Shown here: positions 42,955-51,244 of the stretch, one piece after another
Layout: each line of letters opens with the position of its first letter
How positions within the stretch are numbered: the first letter of the stretch is position 1
NCBI GenBank assembly: GCA_964550615.1
Contig: CAZKAB010000008.1
Location: 1 to 53,216 of the forward strand
Length of the DNA: 53,216 nucleotides
Direction of reading: 5' to 3'
Origin: an uncultured Thermotogae bacterium
Lineage (GTDB): Bacteria; Bipolaricaulota; Bipolaricaulia; UBA7950; UBA9294
Position numbers and translations under genes: made by a program
Notes under the pieces: generated by a model
Seen by the model: only the letters and a program-made list of their open reading frames with translations
Database searches by the model: none
What the model was told of the DNA's origin: nothing

Positions 42955-43177
42955 TGAATCGTGCTTTTTCTCCTGCTTTACGGACGATGCGTTTGACATG
43001 CCCGGAGTGGGGGGCATCGACGACGAATGTTGTCTTCTCCGTCTCCACTTCCAAGATGTCATCACCCGCGTCGAAACTATCTCCCTCTGCCTTCATCCAT
43101 TCAATGATTGTCACTTCATTGACATCCCCGAGATCCGGCAGCCGCAAGACACTATCTGCATCACCTTGGTAATCCAT
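42929..43177 (-). CDS. Stand-alone E2-type lipoyl carrier domain
   Basis: LPDLG...IIEWMKAEGD...ILEVETEK...APHSG; SD GAGGAGG before ATG 43177. Confidence 0.88.
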   Translation of the reverse strand: MDYQGDADSVLRLPDLGDVNEVTIIEWMKAEGDSFDAGDDILEVETEKTTFVVDAPHSGHVKRIVRKAGEKARFNDVLAELD

Positions 43178-43320
43178 TACACCCTCCTCTTTGCGGATAC
43201 TAGCCGATTGCGCCGTTGCTTTCATCTTGCCCATTGTCATGGCAATCCGCTATAGTGGGGCACCGCGGCGGACGCTATGCCGACAAGTTCTTGCCGCGAG
43301 CGAAAGCGAGGTGCGCGACA

Positions 43321-43914
43321 GTGCTGGTGGCAAGGATTTCCGATCCCGATCTTCCACTCATGGTGATTGAGGTCTTGGAGACGGGTGGGGTACTCATCTT
43401 TCCCACTGATACGGTGTATGGGATAGGCGGCAACCCATGGGATGAACGTGCGCTTGAACGGGTACGGATGTTGAAGGATCGAGATCGCAGGCAGCCGTTC
43501 AGCTTGCACTTGGCTTCTGTGGAAACAATCGACCGATTCGCGTCTATCAATGCGGATATGCGGAGTGAACTGGTGCGATTCCTGCCGGGCCCGATAACGT
43601 TCCTTCTTCCGGCAAATGAGTCGGCACCACCGTCCGCTGTCATGGATGGCAAGGTTAGCGTCCGTGTTCCCGCCCATCCGTTCTTTGCTTCCATCATGCA
43701 CCAGCTTGATCGGCCGTTGTTTGGGACAAGCGTGAATCGTTCCGGCGCTCCACCGCTAATCGCCGTCGATCAGATGATTGAGCAGTTCTCGGGAGTCGAT
43801 CTACTTGTGGAGGGTGTAGTAGATGGGGCGAGTGCGTCCGCAATCATCGACATAACGGTGGATCCTCCAGTCGTATTGCGTGGCGATCTCCCACCCGGTT
43901 TTGGAAGCCTGTAG
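43321..43914 (+). CDS. tsaC: Threonylcarbamoyl-AMP synthase (YrdC/TsaC)
   Basis: IFPTDTVYGI, K.R...PFSLH, PGPITFL, VRVPAHP, TSVNRSG, SAIID; GTG 43321 after GAGGTG. Confidence 0.9.
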   Translation: MLVARISDPDLPLMVIEVLETGGVLIFPTDTVYGIGGNPWDERALERVRMLKDRDRRQPFSLHLASVETIDRFASINADMRSELVRFLPGPITFLLPANESAPPSAVMDGKVSVRVPAHPFFASIMHQLDRPLFGTSVNRSGAPPLIAVDQMIEQFSGVDLLVEGVVDGASASAIIDITVDPPVVLRGDLPPGFGSL

Positions 43915-44020
43915 GCAGCCAACAGTGCAGAGTGCCTAGCGCAAGGCGCAGAATACGTGCAACCGACGATCGGGTTCTCTTTGGGAAGACGAGCGGCTGG
44001 AACAGGTGAACGAAGGCCGC

Positions 44021-44050
44021 TTGCCACAACGGCGACGGCCGCACTATAAT
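44021..44050 (+). promoter_or_regulatory. sigma70 promoter, probably leaderless
   Basis: TTGCCA (44021-26), 18 nt, TATAAT (44045-50), 6 nt, GTG 44057 (in-frame ATG at 44060). Confidence 0.7.
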
Positions 44051-44056
44051 GTCTTT

Positions 44057-44590
44057 GTGATGAAAAAGATGAAAGGGGCGGCAGATGTTCTCACGTTGTC
44101 GCGGGGAGCGATCGCGCTCGTGATCTTTTCCCTCGGCTTCCTTGGTGAAACTGCATTGGCATGGGTGATCCTGCTCACCATGATCGGCTGGACCACTGAC
44201 ATCTTTGACGGCCGCCTTGCGCGTCGGCAGAACAAGCCGCCCACGTGGGTGGGAGAGCATGAGTTTGCGTTTGACATGATAATGGTGTTTGCCGCGCTCT
44301 GTTATCTGGTAATGGCGGGGATGATTCCCGTTCTCCCGGCAGCGATATACGTGGCGGTGGCGACGCTGTTCATCATAGTATTCCAGTCGAAGTCTGTTAC
44401 GATGTCGTTTGCCTTCCCATTGGTGGTGCTGCCGCTCGTAATCGCTTATCTCAAGGCCCCACGTGTGGCGTATCTGTACATTGCCTGGATCTGCCTCGCG
44501 TTGCTGCTCGATTGGCACCGATTCGTCGGCGTCGTTCGCGAGTTTCTTCATAACGCCAAGGCACTTCCTAAGAGGTTTTGGGGCGACTGA
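44057..44590 (+). CDS. CDP-alcohol phosphatidyltransferase family protein
   Basis: ADVLTLSR, TDIFDGRLARR; multiple TM segments. Confidence 0.8.
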   Translation: MMKKMKGAADVLTLSRGAIALVIFSLGFLGETALAWVILLTMIGWTTDIFDGRLARRQNKPPTWVGEHEFAFDMIMVFAALCYLVMAGMIPVLPAAIYVAVATLFIIVFQSKSVTMSFAFPLVVLPLVIAYLKAPRVAYLYIAWICLALLLDWHRFVGVVREFLHNAKALPKRFWGD

Positions 44591-45595
44591 CTAGAACAGT
44601 CCTCCGGTCCGTTCCTTGCCCAGGTGGAGATAGGCACGCTCTGTGGCTGTTCGTCCTTGTGGCGTACGCTGAATAAATCCCTCCTGCAGAAGATAGGGTT
44701 CAATCATGTCGGTGATCGTGTCTTTTTCTTCCGACAGGGCGGCGGCGAGTGTTTCCAGCCCCACTGGGCCGCCATCGAACTTGGCCACGATCGCCTGTAG
44801 TAGAGCCAGATCACGTGTATCCAGCCCGACCTCGTCAATCTTGAGCATCTCGAGGGAACGTTGCGCTGTCTTGAGATCAACATCACCTTTTCCCTTGATC
44901 TGCGCGTAGTCGCGCGTGCGACGGAGAAGGCGATTTGCGATTCGGGGTGTACCGCGCGCCCGTTTAGCCAATTCGTGCGCCCCCTCGGGGGATACTTCTA
45001 TGCCGAGGAGCTTGCCGGTTCGGGTAATGATTAGCTCCAGTTCCTCTATCCGGTAGAAATCAAGTCGGAACGAGACCTCGAAGCGATCGCGCATCGGCGC
45101 CGATATCTGGCCGGCACGGGTCGTTGCGCCAATGAGCGTGAATGGTGGCACGTCGATCCGCAGAGACTGAGCGTTAGGCCCTTCTCCAAGGATGATGTCG
45201 ATTTTGTAGTCTTCCATTGCCGGATAAAGTATCTCTTCGACGTTTCTGCGCAGACGGTGGATCTCGTCGATGAAAAATATGTCGTGCGGTTTGAGATTCG
45301 TGAGAATCGATGCCAGGTCACCGGCCTTTTCAATTGCCGGACCGGAACTGGTGCGTATTCCCACTCTCATTTCCGATGCGATAATCTGCGCCAGCGTTGT
45401 TTTTCCCAATCCGGGAGGGCCATGAAGAAGCACGTGATCGAGCGGCTCTTCGCGCTCCTGCGCGGCGGCGACGTAGATACGTAGCTTCTCCTTAATATCT
45501 GTCTGTCCGATGAAGTCATCGAGGCGAGATGGCCGAACGTTGACGATTGTTGAATCTTCAGCGGATTGCAGCCCAATGATTCGTTCGGTCGGCAT
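44591..45595 (-). CDS. ruvB: Holliday junction branch migration helicase RuvB
   Basis: [61 protein letters not shown]. Confidence 0.98.
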   Translation of the reverse strand: MPTERIIGLQSAEDSTIVNVRPSRLDDFIGQTDIKEKLRIYVAAAQEREEPLDHVLLHGPPGLGKTTLAQIIASEMRVGIRTSSGPAIEKAGDLASILTNLKPHDIFFIDEIHRLRRNVEEILYPAMEDYKIDIILGEGPNAQSLRIDVPPFTLIGATTRAGQISAPMRDRFEVSFRLDFYRIEELELIITRTGKLLGIEVSPEGAHELAKRARGTPRIANRLLRRTRDYAQIKGKGDVDLKTAQRSLEMLKIDEVGLDTRDLALLQAIVAKFDGGPVGLETLAAALSEEKDTITDMIEPYLLQEGFIQRTPQGRTATERAYLHLGKERTGGLF

Positions 45596-45604
45596 TGTGT
45601 AATG

Positions 45605-45634
45605 ATTCTAACAAAGCAGAGTGAGTGCGGTCAA
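45605..45634 (-). promoter_or_regulatory. sigma70 promoter for ruvB
   Basis: Minus strand TTGACC (45634-29), 18 nt, TAGAAT (45610-05) with extended -10 TGt, 9 nt to ATG. Confidence 0.75.
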
Positions 45635-45673
45635 CCGCTTATCTGGAGATCGATGCGCGCGTACTGCCTTTCG

Positions 45674-45702
45674 CTGACGGCAGGCGAGCATTCGTGTACC
45701 AT
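45674..45702 (+). promoter_or_regulatory. sigma70 promoter for ribF
   Basis: CTGACG (45674-79), 17 nt, TACCAT (45697-702), 8 nt to ATG 45711. Confidence 0.5.
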
Positions 45703-45710
45703 TTTGTGTC

Positions 45711-46643
45711 ATGGACGAGAAGTGCAAGAATGGTTCCGTCGTATGTATAGGTACATTCGACGGTGTTCACCGGGGACATGTGGCGATTCTCAAGCGTGTC
45801 AATGAGATCGCAAGTGAAGATCGCCTAGACTTGGAGAGAGTAGCGTATTCGTTCATGCTTCCTCCTCGCTTTGAGACGTCCGGCTCGAAGCGTGGACTCC
45901 TCATCCCCGAGGACATCAAGGTGAAGATTCTTCTCCGGTACGTCGACCGTGTGGAACGGGTGAGGTTTGCTGATGTCTCTGATATTACGGCGGAACGATT
46001 CGTTTCAGACACGATCATCGGTCGATTGAATGCACGGGCGATCGTGGTCGGCGATCGATTTCGCTTCGGCCGCGGGCGTTCCGGCGACATCGCGAAGCTC
46101 AGGGAAATATGTGAACCAAAAAAGATCTTTGTTGCTTCGGTGCCGTCACAGGTGGTCGATGGCTCGTTAGTGAGCAGTACGCGCATCCGGCGCCTCCTTG
46201 CAGAGGGAATGATTGAATCTGCTACGGCGCTTCTCGGGCATCCGCCGCTCCTTGTCGGGCGCGTCGTTCACGGTGACGGTTTGGGCAGGGAGCTTGGATA
46301 TCCGACGGCGAATGTTGCCATAGGTTCGCGGATCATCATTCCACCAGATGGCATATATCTCGTGCATGCGTTTTGGAATGGTGATCGGTCGACAGGCCTC
46401 CTGTACATCGGCACACGTCCGACTCTCGGAGACGGGGAAGCGCGGTGTGAGGTCCATCTCTTGTCTCCGCCGACGTGCGAACTCTACGAACATACCGTTG
46501 AAGTGCAGTTGCTGCGTAAGCTTCGCGATGATCGGGCGTTCGCGTCGCTTGCCGATCTCAAACAGCAGATGGCACAGGATGTTAAGCAGGCGCGTGCCAT
46601 ACTTGCGACATGGAACGAGGTGGGAGAGCCGATGGCCGCTTGA
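45711..46643 (+). CDS. ribF: Bifunctional riboflavin kinase / FAD synthetase
   Basis: GTFDGVHRGH, VGDRFRFG, VSSTRIR, GRELGYPTAN, IGTRPT, EVHLL, LRDDRAF. Confidence 0.96.
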   Translation: MDEKCKNGSVVCIGTFDGVHRGHVAILKRVNEIASEDRLDLERVAYSFMLPPRFETSGSKRGLLIPEDIKVKILLRYVDRVERVRFADVSDITAERFVSDTIIGRLNARAIVVGDRFRFGRGRSGDIAKLREICEPKKIFVASVPSQVVDGSLVSSTRIRRLLAEGMIESATALLGHPPLLVGRVVHGDGLGRELGYPTANVAIGSRIIIPPDGIYLVHAFWNGDRSTGLLYIGTRPTLGDGEARCEVHLLSPPTCELYEHTVEVQLLRKLRDDRAFASLADLKQQMAQDVKQARAILATWNEVGEPMAA

Positions 46644-46668
46644 AAAACGACGGAAACCAGCTTACCAT
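46640..46668 (+). promoter_or_regulatory. Internal sigma70 promoter for tsaB-rpmB
   Basis: TTGAAA (46640-45), 17 nt, TACCAT (46663-68), 9 nt to ATG 46678. Confidence 0.6.
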
Positions 46669-46677
46669 TTCCACGGC

Positions 46678-47340
46678 ATGATAACGTTGGGTGTAGATAC
46701 GTCTGCCGCCGTCGGAGGAGTGGCACTGTGTGACGGTGACGAGACTCTGGCGGATATGACGATGGAGGCTCCTCTGCGGCACGCGGAGGAACTTTTGCCG
46801 TTGGTTGAACACGCGCTAAAGCGTGGCGGAATCAGGATTAATGACGTAAAGCTGGTTAGCGTCAACCGTGGGCCAGGCTCATTCACCGGGCTCCGGATTG
46901 GGTTGGCAACTGCAAAAGGCATCTGCCAAGCAAGAGGCATTCCGCTCGTTGGCGTTGACGGACTGCGAGCGTTTCGAGTGCGTATCGAATCCCACTTGCG
47001 TGTGTGCGTGGTGCTCAAGAACCGGCGCGACCTGTATTATGTGCAGTGGTTCGTCGGGGATACGCCGACGCAGTCGGTGTCCGTGATGTCGGGCGATGAT
47101 GTTGCTAGGAAGATATATCAGGAGAAGCGGCGGCTGTACCTGATCGGAAGCGGAGTTGATGGCTTGCGCGATCGTCTCCGGAAATGCGCGTGGGTCGAAT
47201 GCGCCTCGGATGAACTGAACCGTCAGTCACCGGTGTGGGTCGCACGCCTCGGTGAACAACGCTTCTCTCAGGATCAGTTGTACGATCTTGAGCCGACGTA
47301 TGTAGAGCCCGTTTTGGCGAAGATGAGCAAGCAACTGTGA
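46678..47340 (+). CDS. tsaB: tRNA threonylcarbamoyladenosine biosynthesis protein TsaB
   Basis: MITLGVDTS, HAEELLP, GPGSFTGLRIG, LEPTYV; start re-set to ATG 46678. Confidence 0.95.
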   Translation: MITLGVDTSAAVGGVALCDGDETLADMTMEAPLRHAEELLPLVEHALKRGGIRINDVKLVSVNRGPGSFTGLRIGLATAKGICQARGIPLVGVDGLRAFRVRIESHLRVCVVLKNRRDLYYVQWFVGDTPTQSVSVMSGDDVARKIYQEKRRLYLIGSGVDGLRDRLRKCAWVECASDELNRQSPVWVARLGEQRFSQDQLYDLEPTYVEPVLAKMSKQL

Positions 47341-47352
47341 GAGGTGAGCTAA

Positions 47353-47544
47353 ATGTCGCGAGTATGTGATGTCTGTGGGAAGCGTCCTTCAGCGGGAAAC
47401 CAGGTAAGTCACTCCATGCGGCACACGCGACGCGTGCGAGTGCCGAACATCCAGCATGTGCACGCCTATGTCGATGGCAAGAAAGTGTGGATCAACGCGT
47501 GCACGCGCTGCATAAAGTCGGGCAAAGTCGCCAAGGTCATATAG
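47353..47544 (+). CDS. rpmB: 50S ribosomal protein L28 (Zn-binding form)
   Basis: CDVCGK...GNQVSHS..HTRR...PNIQ...CTRCIKSG. Confidence 0.96.
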   Translation: MSRVCDVCGKRPSAGNQVSHSMRHTRRVRVPNIQHVHAYVDGKKVWINACTRCIKSGKVAKVI

Positions 47545-47617
47545 CGGCTCAAGACAAGACATCTTGTCTGTCCGTTAGGGGGAGTTCAAGACGGTCTCTG
47601 AAAGCGATCGGAAGCAA

Positions 47618-48043
47618 TTGCAAACCGGACAAACGGTCACAGGAACAGTTGTCCGAGTGATTGAACAGGGAGTCGTTGTTCTACTAGACAATGAGACAAC
47701 CGGCTTGATTCCTGTCTCGGCTTCACTTTCACTCGCGACGATGCAAGAACGATTCTCTTCAGGTGCGGAAGTTTGCGTGTACATCGCTGCCTCCCGTACG
47801 GAGGGAGAACATGCGTTCTCTCTCTCGCCGGCCGCGAGAGACGAGGCAGTGGCCGAGTTCGATCGCGAATTCGACCGGTTGAATCATGTGCTGACCAATT
47901 GCTCTTCGCGGGTGGAAACACCGCGTTCTCCGGTCGAGAAGACGTCTGTGGAGGAACAGATCGAGGAGTGGATTGACGAAGTAGAAGATGGGCTCGGCCG
48001 CCTGCGAAAACATCGCGGGAAAAGATTGAGTGAAGAGTTCTAG
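47618..48043 (+). CDS. S1 RNA-binding domain protein (YugI/GSP13-like)
   Basis: GQTVTGTVVRV...TGLIP; C-terminal EEQIEEWIDEVEDGLGRLRK; TTG start with weak SD. Confidence 0.65.
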   Translation: MQTGQTVTGTVVRVIEQGVVVLLDNETTGLIPVSASLSLATMQERFSSGAEVCVYIAASRTEGEHAFSLSPAARDEAVAEFDREFDRLNHVLTNCSSRVETPRSPVEKTSVEEQIEEWIDEVEDGLGRLRKHRGKRLSEEF

Positions 48044-48071
48044 AGCAGACACACCATAGATGGAGGCCCTA

Positions 48072-48296
48072 ATGCCAAAGGGAACAATCACGATCGACAA
48101 GGAGCGATGCAAAGGATGTGGCCTGTGCATTGCCGCTTGCCCGCATCAGGTACTTGCCTACTCGGGAGAGCTGAATCGCAGCGGCTACAATGTCGTTCGC
48201 ATGGCAAATCAAGATGCTTGTGTCGGATGTGCTTTCTGCGCACTCACTTGTCCGGATATAGCCATCGAGGTCTACCGCGAGAAGATTGCTGTCTAG
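48072..48296 (+). CDS. 2-oxoacid:ferredoxin oxidoreductase delta subunit (2x[4Fe-4S])
   Basis: CKGCGLCIAACP and CVGCAFCALTCPD; SD GGAGG before ATG 48072. Confidence 0.92.
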   Translation: MPKGTITIDKERCKGCGLCIAACPHQVLAYSGELNRSGYNVVRMANQDACVGCAFCALTCPDIAIEVYREKIAV

Positions 48297-48303
48297 AGGA
48301 GGA

Positions 48304-49362
48304 ATGATGGGGGAGAAGCTATTGATGCGCGGGAATGAGGTGATCGCAGAGGCAGCGATCCGGGCTGGCTGCCAGTGCTACTTCGCTTATCCGATCACTC
48401 CGCAAGCTGAGCTTTTGGAACACATGGCGGAGAATATGCCTCGTCTGGGGCGTACTTTCGTCCAGGCCGAAAGCGAGATAGCCGCGATCAGCATGGTCTA
48501 CGGCGCGGCCTCCGTCGGTGTAAGGACGATGACATCTTCCTCTTCGCCCGGCATCAGCCTGAAACAAGAAGGAATCTCCTATCTGGCTGGAGCCAGTCTG
48601 CCAGCGGTGATAGTCAACGTCGTTCGGGGCGGACCGGGATTGGGAGACATTGCTCCGTCGCAATGCGACTACTTTCAAGCAACAAAGGGAGGAGGGCATG
48701 GCGACTATCACATGATAGTCCTCGGTCCTTCAACCGTTCCCGAAGCGGGTGAACTGACTATGCTTGCGTTCGATCTGGCCGACAAGTATCGCACGCCGGT
48801 GATGATTCTCGCTGACGGTATGTTGGGGCAGATGATGGAGCCGGTAGAGCTTCCAATGCCGGTTGACATCGCTTCTCTTCCCAAGAAAGAATGGGCATTG
48901 ACCGGCGCTAAAGGGCGCGATCCAAACATCGTTCTGAGCTTCGATCTGGATCCGGAAGTCCTCAAGCAAATGAACCTCGAACTGCAGGAGCGGTATCGTG
49001 CTATCGAGGCTGCCGAGGTGCGGTACGAGGAGACAGAGACCGCCGATGCAGACATTGTTATTGCCGCGTACGGCACAGTAGCGCGTATCGCAAAGACTGT
49101 CATCCGCATGGCGCGCGCAGAAGGAATCAGACTCGGCCTCTTCCGTCCGATAACGCTGTGGCCGTTCCCATATCAACCTCTCAAGGCGCTTTCCGCACGC
49201 GTGAACACGGTGCTGACCGTTGAGATGAGCGCCGGTCAGATGCTGGAGGACGTCCGTTTGGCCGTCTGTGAACGGGCCGAAACGCCATTTTACGGCGAGA
49301 TGGGCGGTGTCGTGCCGACGCCGAGAGGAATCCTAAGCGAGGTGAGGAAGTATGCCGGTTAA
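48304..49362 (+). CDS. vorB: 2-oxoacid:ferredoxin oxidoreductase alpha subunit (VorB-type)
   Basis: GNEVIAEAAI, YPITPQ, QAESE, TSSSSPGISLKQE, RGGPGLG, KGGGHGDY, LFRPITLWPFP. Confidence 0.9.
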   Translation: MMGEKLLMRGNEVIAEAAIRAGCQCYFAYPITPQAELLEHMAENMPRLGRTFVQAESEIAAISMVYGAASVGVRTMTSSSSPGISLKQEGISYLAGASLPAVIVNVVRGGPGLGDIAPSQCDYFQATKGGGHGDYHMIVLGPSTVPEAGELTMLAFDLADKYRTPVMILADGMLGQMMEPVELPMPVDIASLPKKEWALTGAKGRDPNIVLSFDLDPEVLKQMNLELQERYRAIEAAEVRYEETETADADIVIAAYGTVARIAKTVIRMARAEGIRLGLFRPITLWPFPYQPLKALSARVNTVLTVEMSAGQMLEDVRLAVCERAETPFYGEMGGVVPTPRGILSEVRKYAG

Positions 49363-50110
49363 CGTGGAGAATATGGCAAAGGTTTTCTCAAGACCGCGAA
49401 GCCTTACCGATGCCCGCTCCACCTATTGCCCAGGATGCCAGCACGGGATACTTACACGCATTATCGGGCAGACGATCGACGAGTTGGGGATCGCCGAAAA
49501 GACGATTGTCATAGCTCCGGTAGGCTGTTCCGTCTTTGCGTATTTGTGGTACAAATGCGACGCGGTACAGGTGGCGCACGGCCGCGCCAGTGCCGTTGCC
49601 ACCGGGATAAAGCGTGCCAAGCCCAATCTGTTTGTCCTGTCGTATCAGGGTGACGGCGACTTCGCCAGTATCGGAACCGCAGAGTCGATTCACGCCGCCA
49701 ATCGGGGAGAGAACATCACCGTTATCTTCGTTAACAATCAAGTGTACGGGATGACCGGCGGGGAGATGGCGCCGACGACGCTCATCGGTCAGAAGACCAC
49801 GACGACTCCTTCCGGGCGTGATGCTGCTCAATTCGGCTATCCGATTCGCTTTTCCGAAATGATCGCTCAACTCGACGCGCCTGTATATGTGACGCGCCAG
49901 GCACTGTACGATACGAAACGGATTCTGGATACGACAAAGGCGATCAAGAAGGCGTTCATCAACCAAATGGAAGGGAAGGGCTACTCTTTGGTAGAGGTGC
50001 TCTCCAACTGCCCGACGAATTGGCACATGAAGCCGACCGACACGAACAAGCATGTTGCCGAAGTGGTGACTGACATCTTTCCCCTCGGCGATCTGGTAAA
50101 CAGGGGGTAG
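49352..50110 (+). CDS. 2-oxoacid:ferredoxin oxidoreductase beta (TPP-binding) subunit
   Basis: YCPGCQHG, PVGCS, HGRA, YQGDGD...NNQVYGMTGG, EVLSNCP. Confidence 0.93.
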   Translation: MPVNVENMAKVFSRPRSLTDARSTYCPGCQHGILTRIIGQTIDELGIAEKTIVIAPVGCSVFAYLWYKCDAVQVAHGRASAVATGIKRAKPNLFVLSYQGDGDFASIGTAESIHAANRGENITVIFVNNQVYGMTGGEMAPTTLIGQKTTTTPSGRDAAQFGYPIRFSEMIAQLDAPVYVTRQALYDTKRILDTTKAIKKAFINQMEGKGYSLVEVLSNCPTNWHMKPTDTNKHVAEVVTDIFPLGDLVNRG

Positions 50111-50112
50111 AA

Positions 50113-50649
50113 ATGGAACAGTCAGTGATCATTGCGGGATTCGGCGGACAGGGAGTGATTCTTGCGGGTAAGATTCTGGCGCAAGCGGCGATGGATCAAG
50201 GCTTGGCGGTTACGTGGCTCCCTTCCTATGGCCCGGAGATGAGGGGAGGAACAGCGAATTGCACTGTTGTCTTGTCGAGTGACGAAGTTGGTTCTCCGAT
50301 CGTCGATGAGCCTACCGCACTCATTGCCATGAACCTGCCATCGCTGGTGAAGTTCGAGCCGATCATGGCGGAAAATGGTACTGTCATCGTGAACAGCTCC
50401 CTCATCGACCGCAAAGTCGAGCGGAAGGATCTGAAAGAGGTTTCAATCCCCCTTAACGATCTGGGGGAGAAGGTCGGCAACCCAAGATCGATCAACATGA
50501 TTGCGCTCGGAGCGTATGTCAAGGCAACGGGGAGCGTTTCGCTCGGCGCGGTTAAGTCGGCGATGGCGAGCATGCTCAAGAAGAGCGGAAAGGAACGATT
50601 CATTCCCATGAATGAGCAGGCACTCGAGGCGGGATACAACGCCGCCTAG
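50113..50649 (+). CDS. 2-oxoacid:ferredoxin oxidoreductase gamma subunit
   Basis: IAGFGGQGV, SYGPEMRGG, NMIALGA. Confidence 0.93.
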   Translation: MEQSVIIAGFGGQGVILAGKILAQAAMDQGLAVTWLPSYGPEMRGGTANCTVVLSSDEVGSPIVDEPTALIAMNLPSLVKFEPIMAENGTVIVNSSLIDRKVERKDLKEVSIPLNDLGEKVGNPRSINMIALGAYVKATGSVSLGAVKSAMASMLKKSGKERFIPMNEQALEAGYNAA

Positions 50650-51172
50650 CGAAGAACAGCTACTCGAACGACATGAGATCTTCACGGGAAAGATCTTGCG
50701 CTTGGTCGTGGACCGCGTTGGGTTTCCGGATGGGTCGATCGCCAGCCGCGAGCTCGTCCTTCATCCGGGAGCCGCGGCAATCCTGCCGACCCTGCCGGAC
50801 GGCCGAATATTGCTTGTCAGTCAGTATCGGCACCCCGCACTAGCTTCGCTCTGGGAAATCCCGGCTGGGAAACTCAAACCCGGCGAGGACACGCTTGCCT
50901 GCGCCAAACGTGAGCTTCTGGAAGAGACGGGGTATGCCGCAGCCAAATGGGAAGAGGTGATGTCATTCTATTCTTCTCCTGGTTTCACTGATGAACGGAT
51001 CACCCTGTTTCGCGCATGCGTTCTCAATAAGGTGAGTGAGCCGCGCCTGGGGGAGATCGAATCCTTGCGCGTGATTGGACTCGACGAGACAAGGCGCCTT
51101 GTTGCAGACGGCACAATCTGCGATGCCAAGACAATCCTGGCGATCCTTACCCTGCAGCTGCCAGGGCGCTAG
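50612..51172 (+). CDS. NUDIX hydrolase (ADP-ribose pyrophosphatase-like)
   Basis: HPGAAAIL, QYR, EIPAGK...AKRELLEETG, SSPGFTDE, DAKT. Confidence 0.9.
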   Translation: MSRHSRRDTTPPSEEQLLERHEIFTGKILRLVVDRVGFPDGSIASRELVLHPGAAAILPTLPDGRILLVSQYRHPALASLWEIPAGKLKPGEDTLACAKRELLEETGYAAAKWEEVMSFYSSPGFTDERITLFRACVLNKVSEPRLGEIESLRVIGLDETRRLVADGTICDAKTILAILTLQLPGR

Positions 51173-51244
51173 AAGTGCCATCACGTCCCGCAGGAGGGCT
51201 TCCCTGGGTGGCGAGGGGCGACGAAAGCTTGTATTCTGAGGGGC

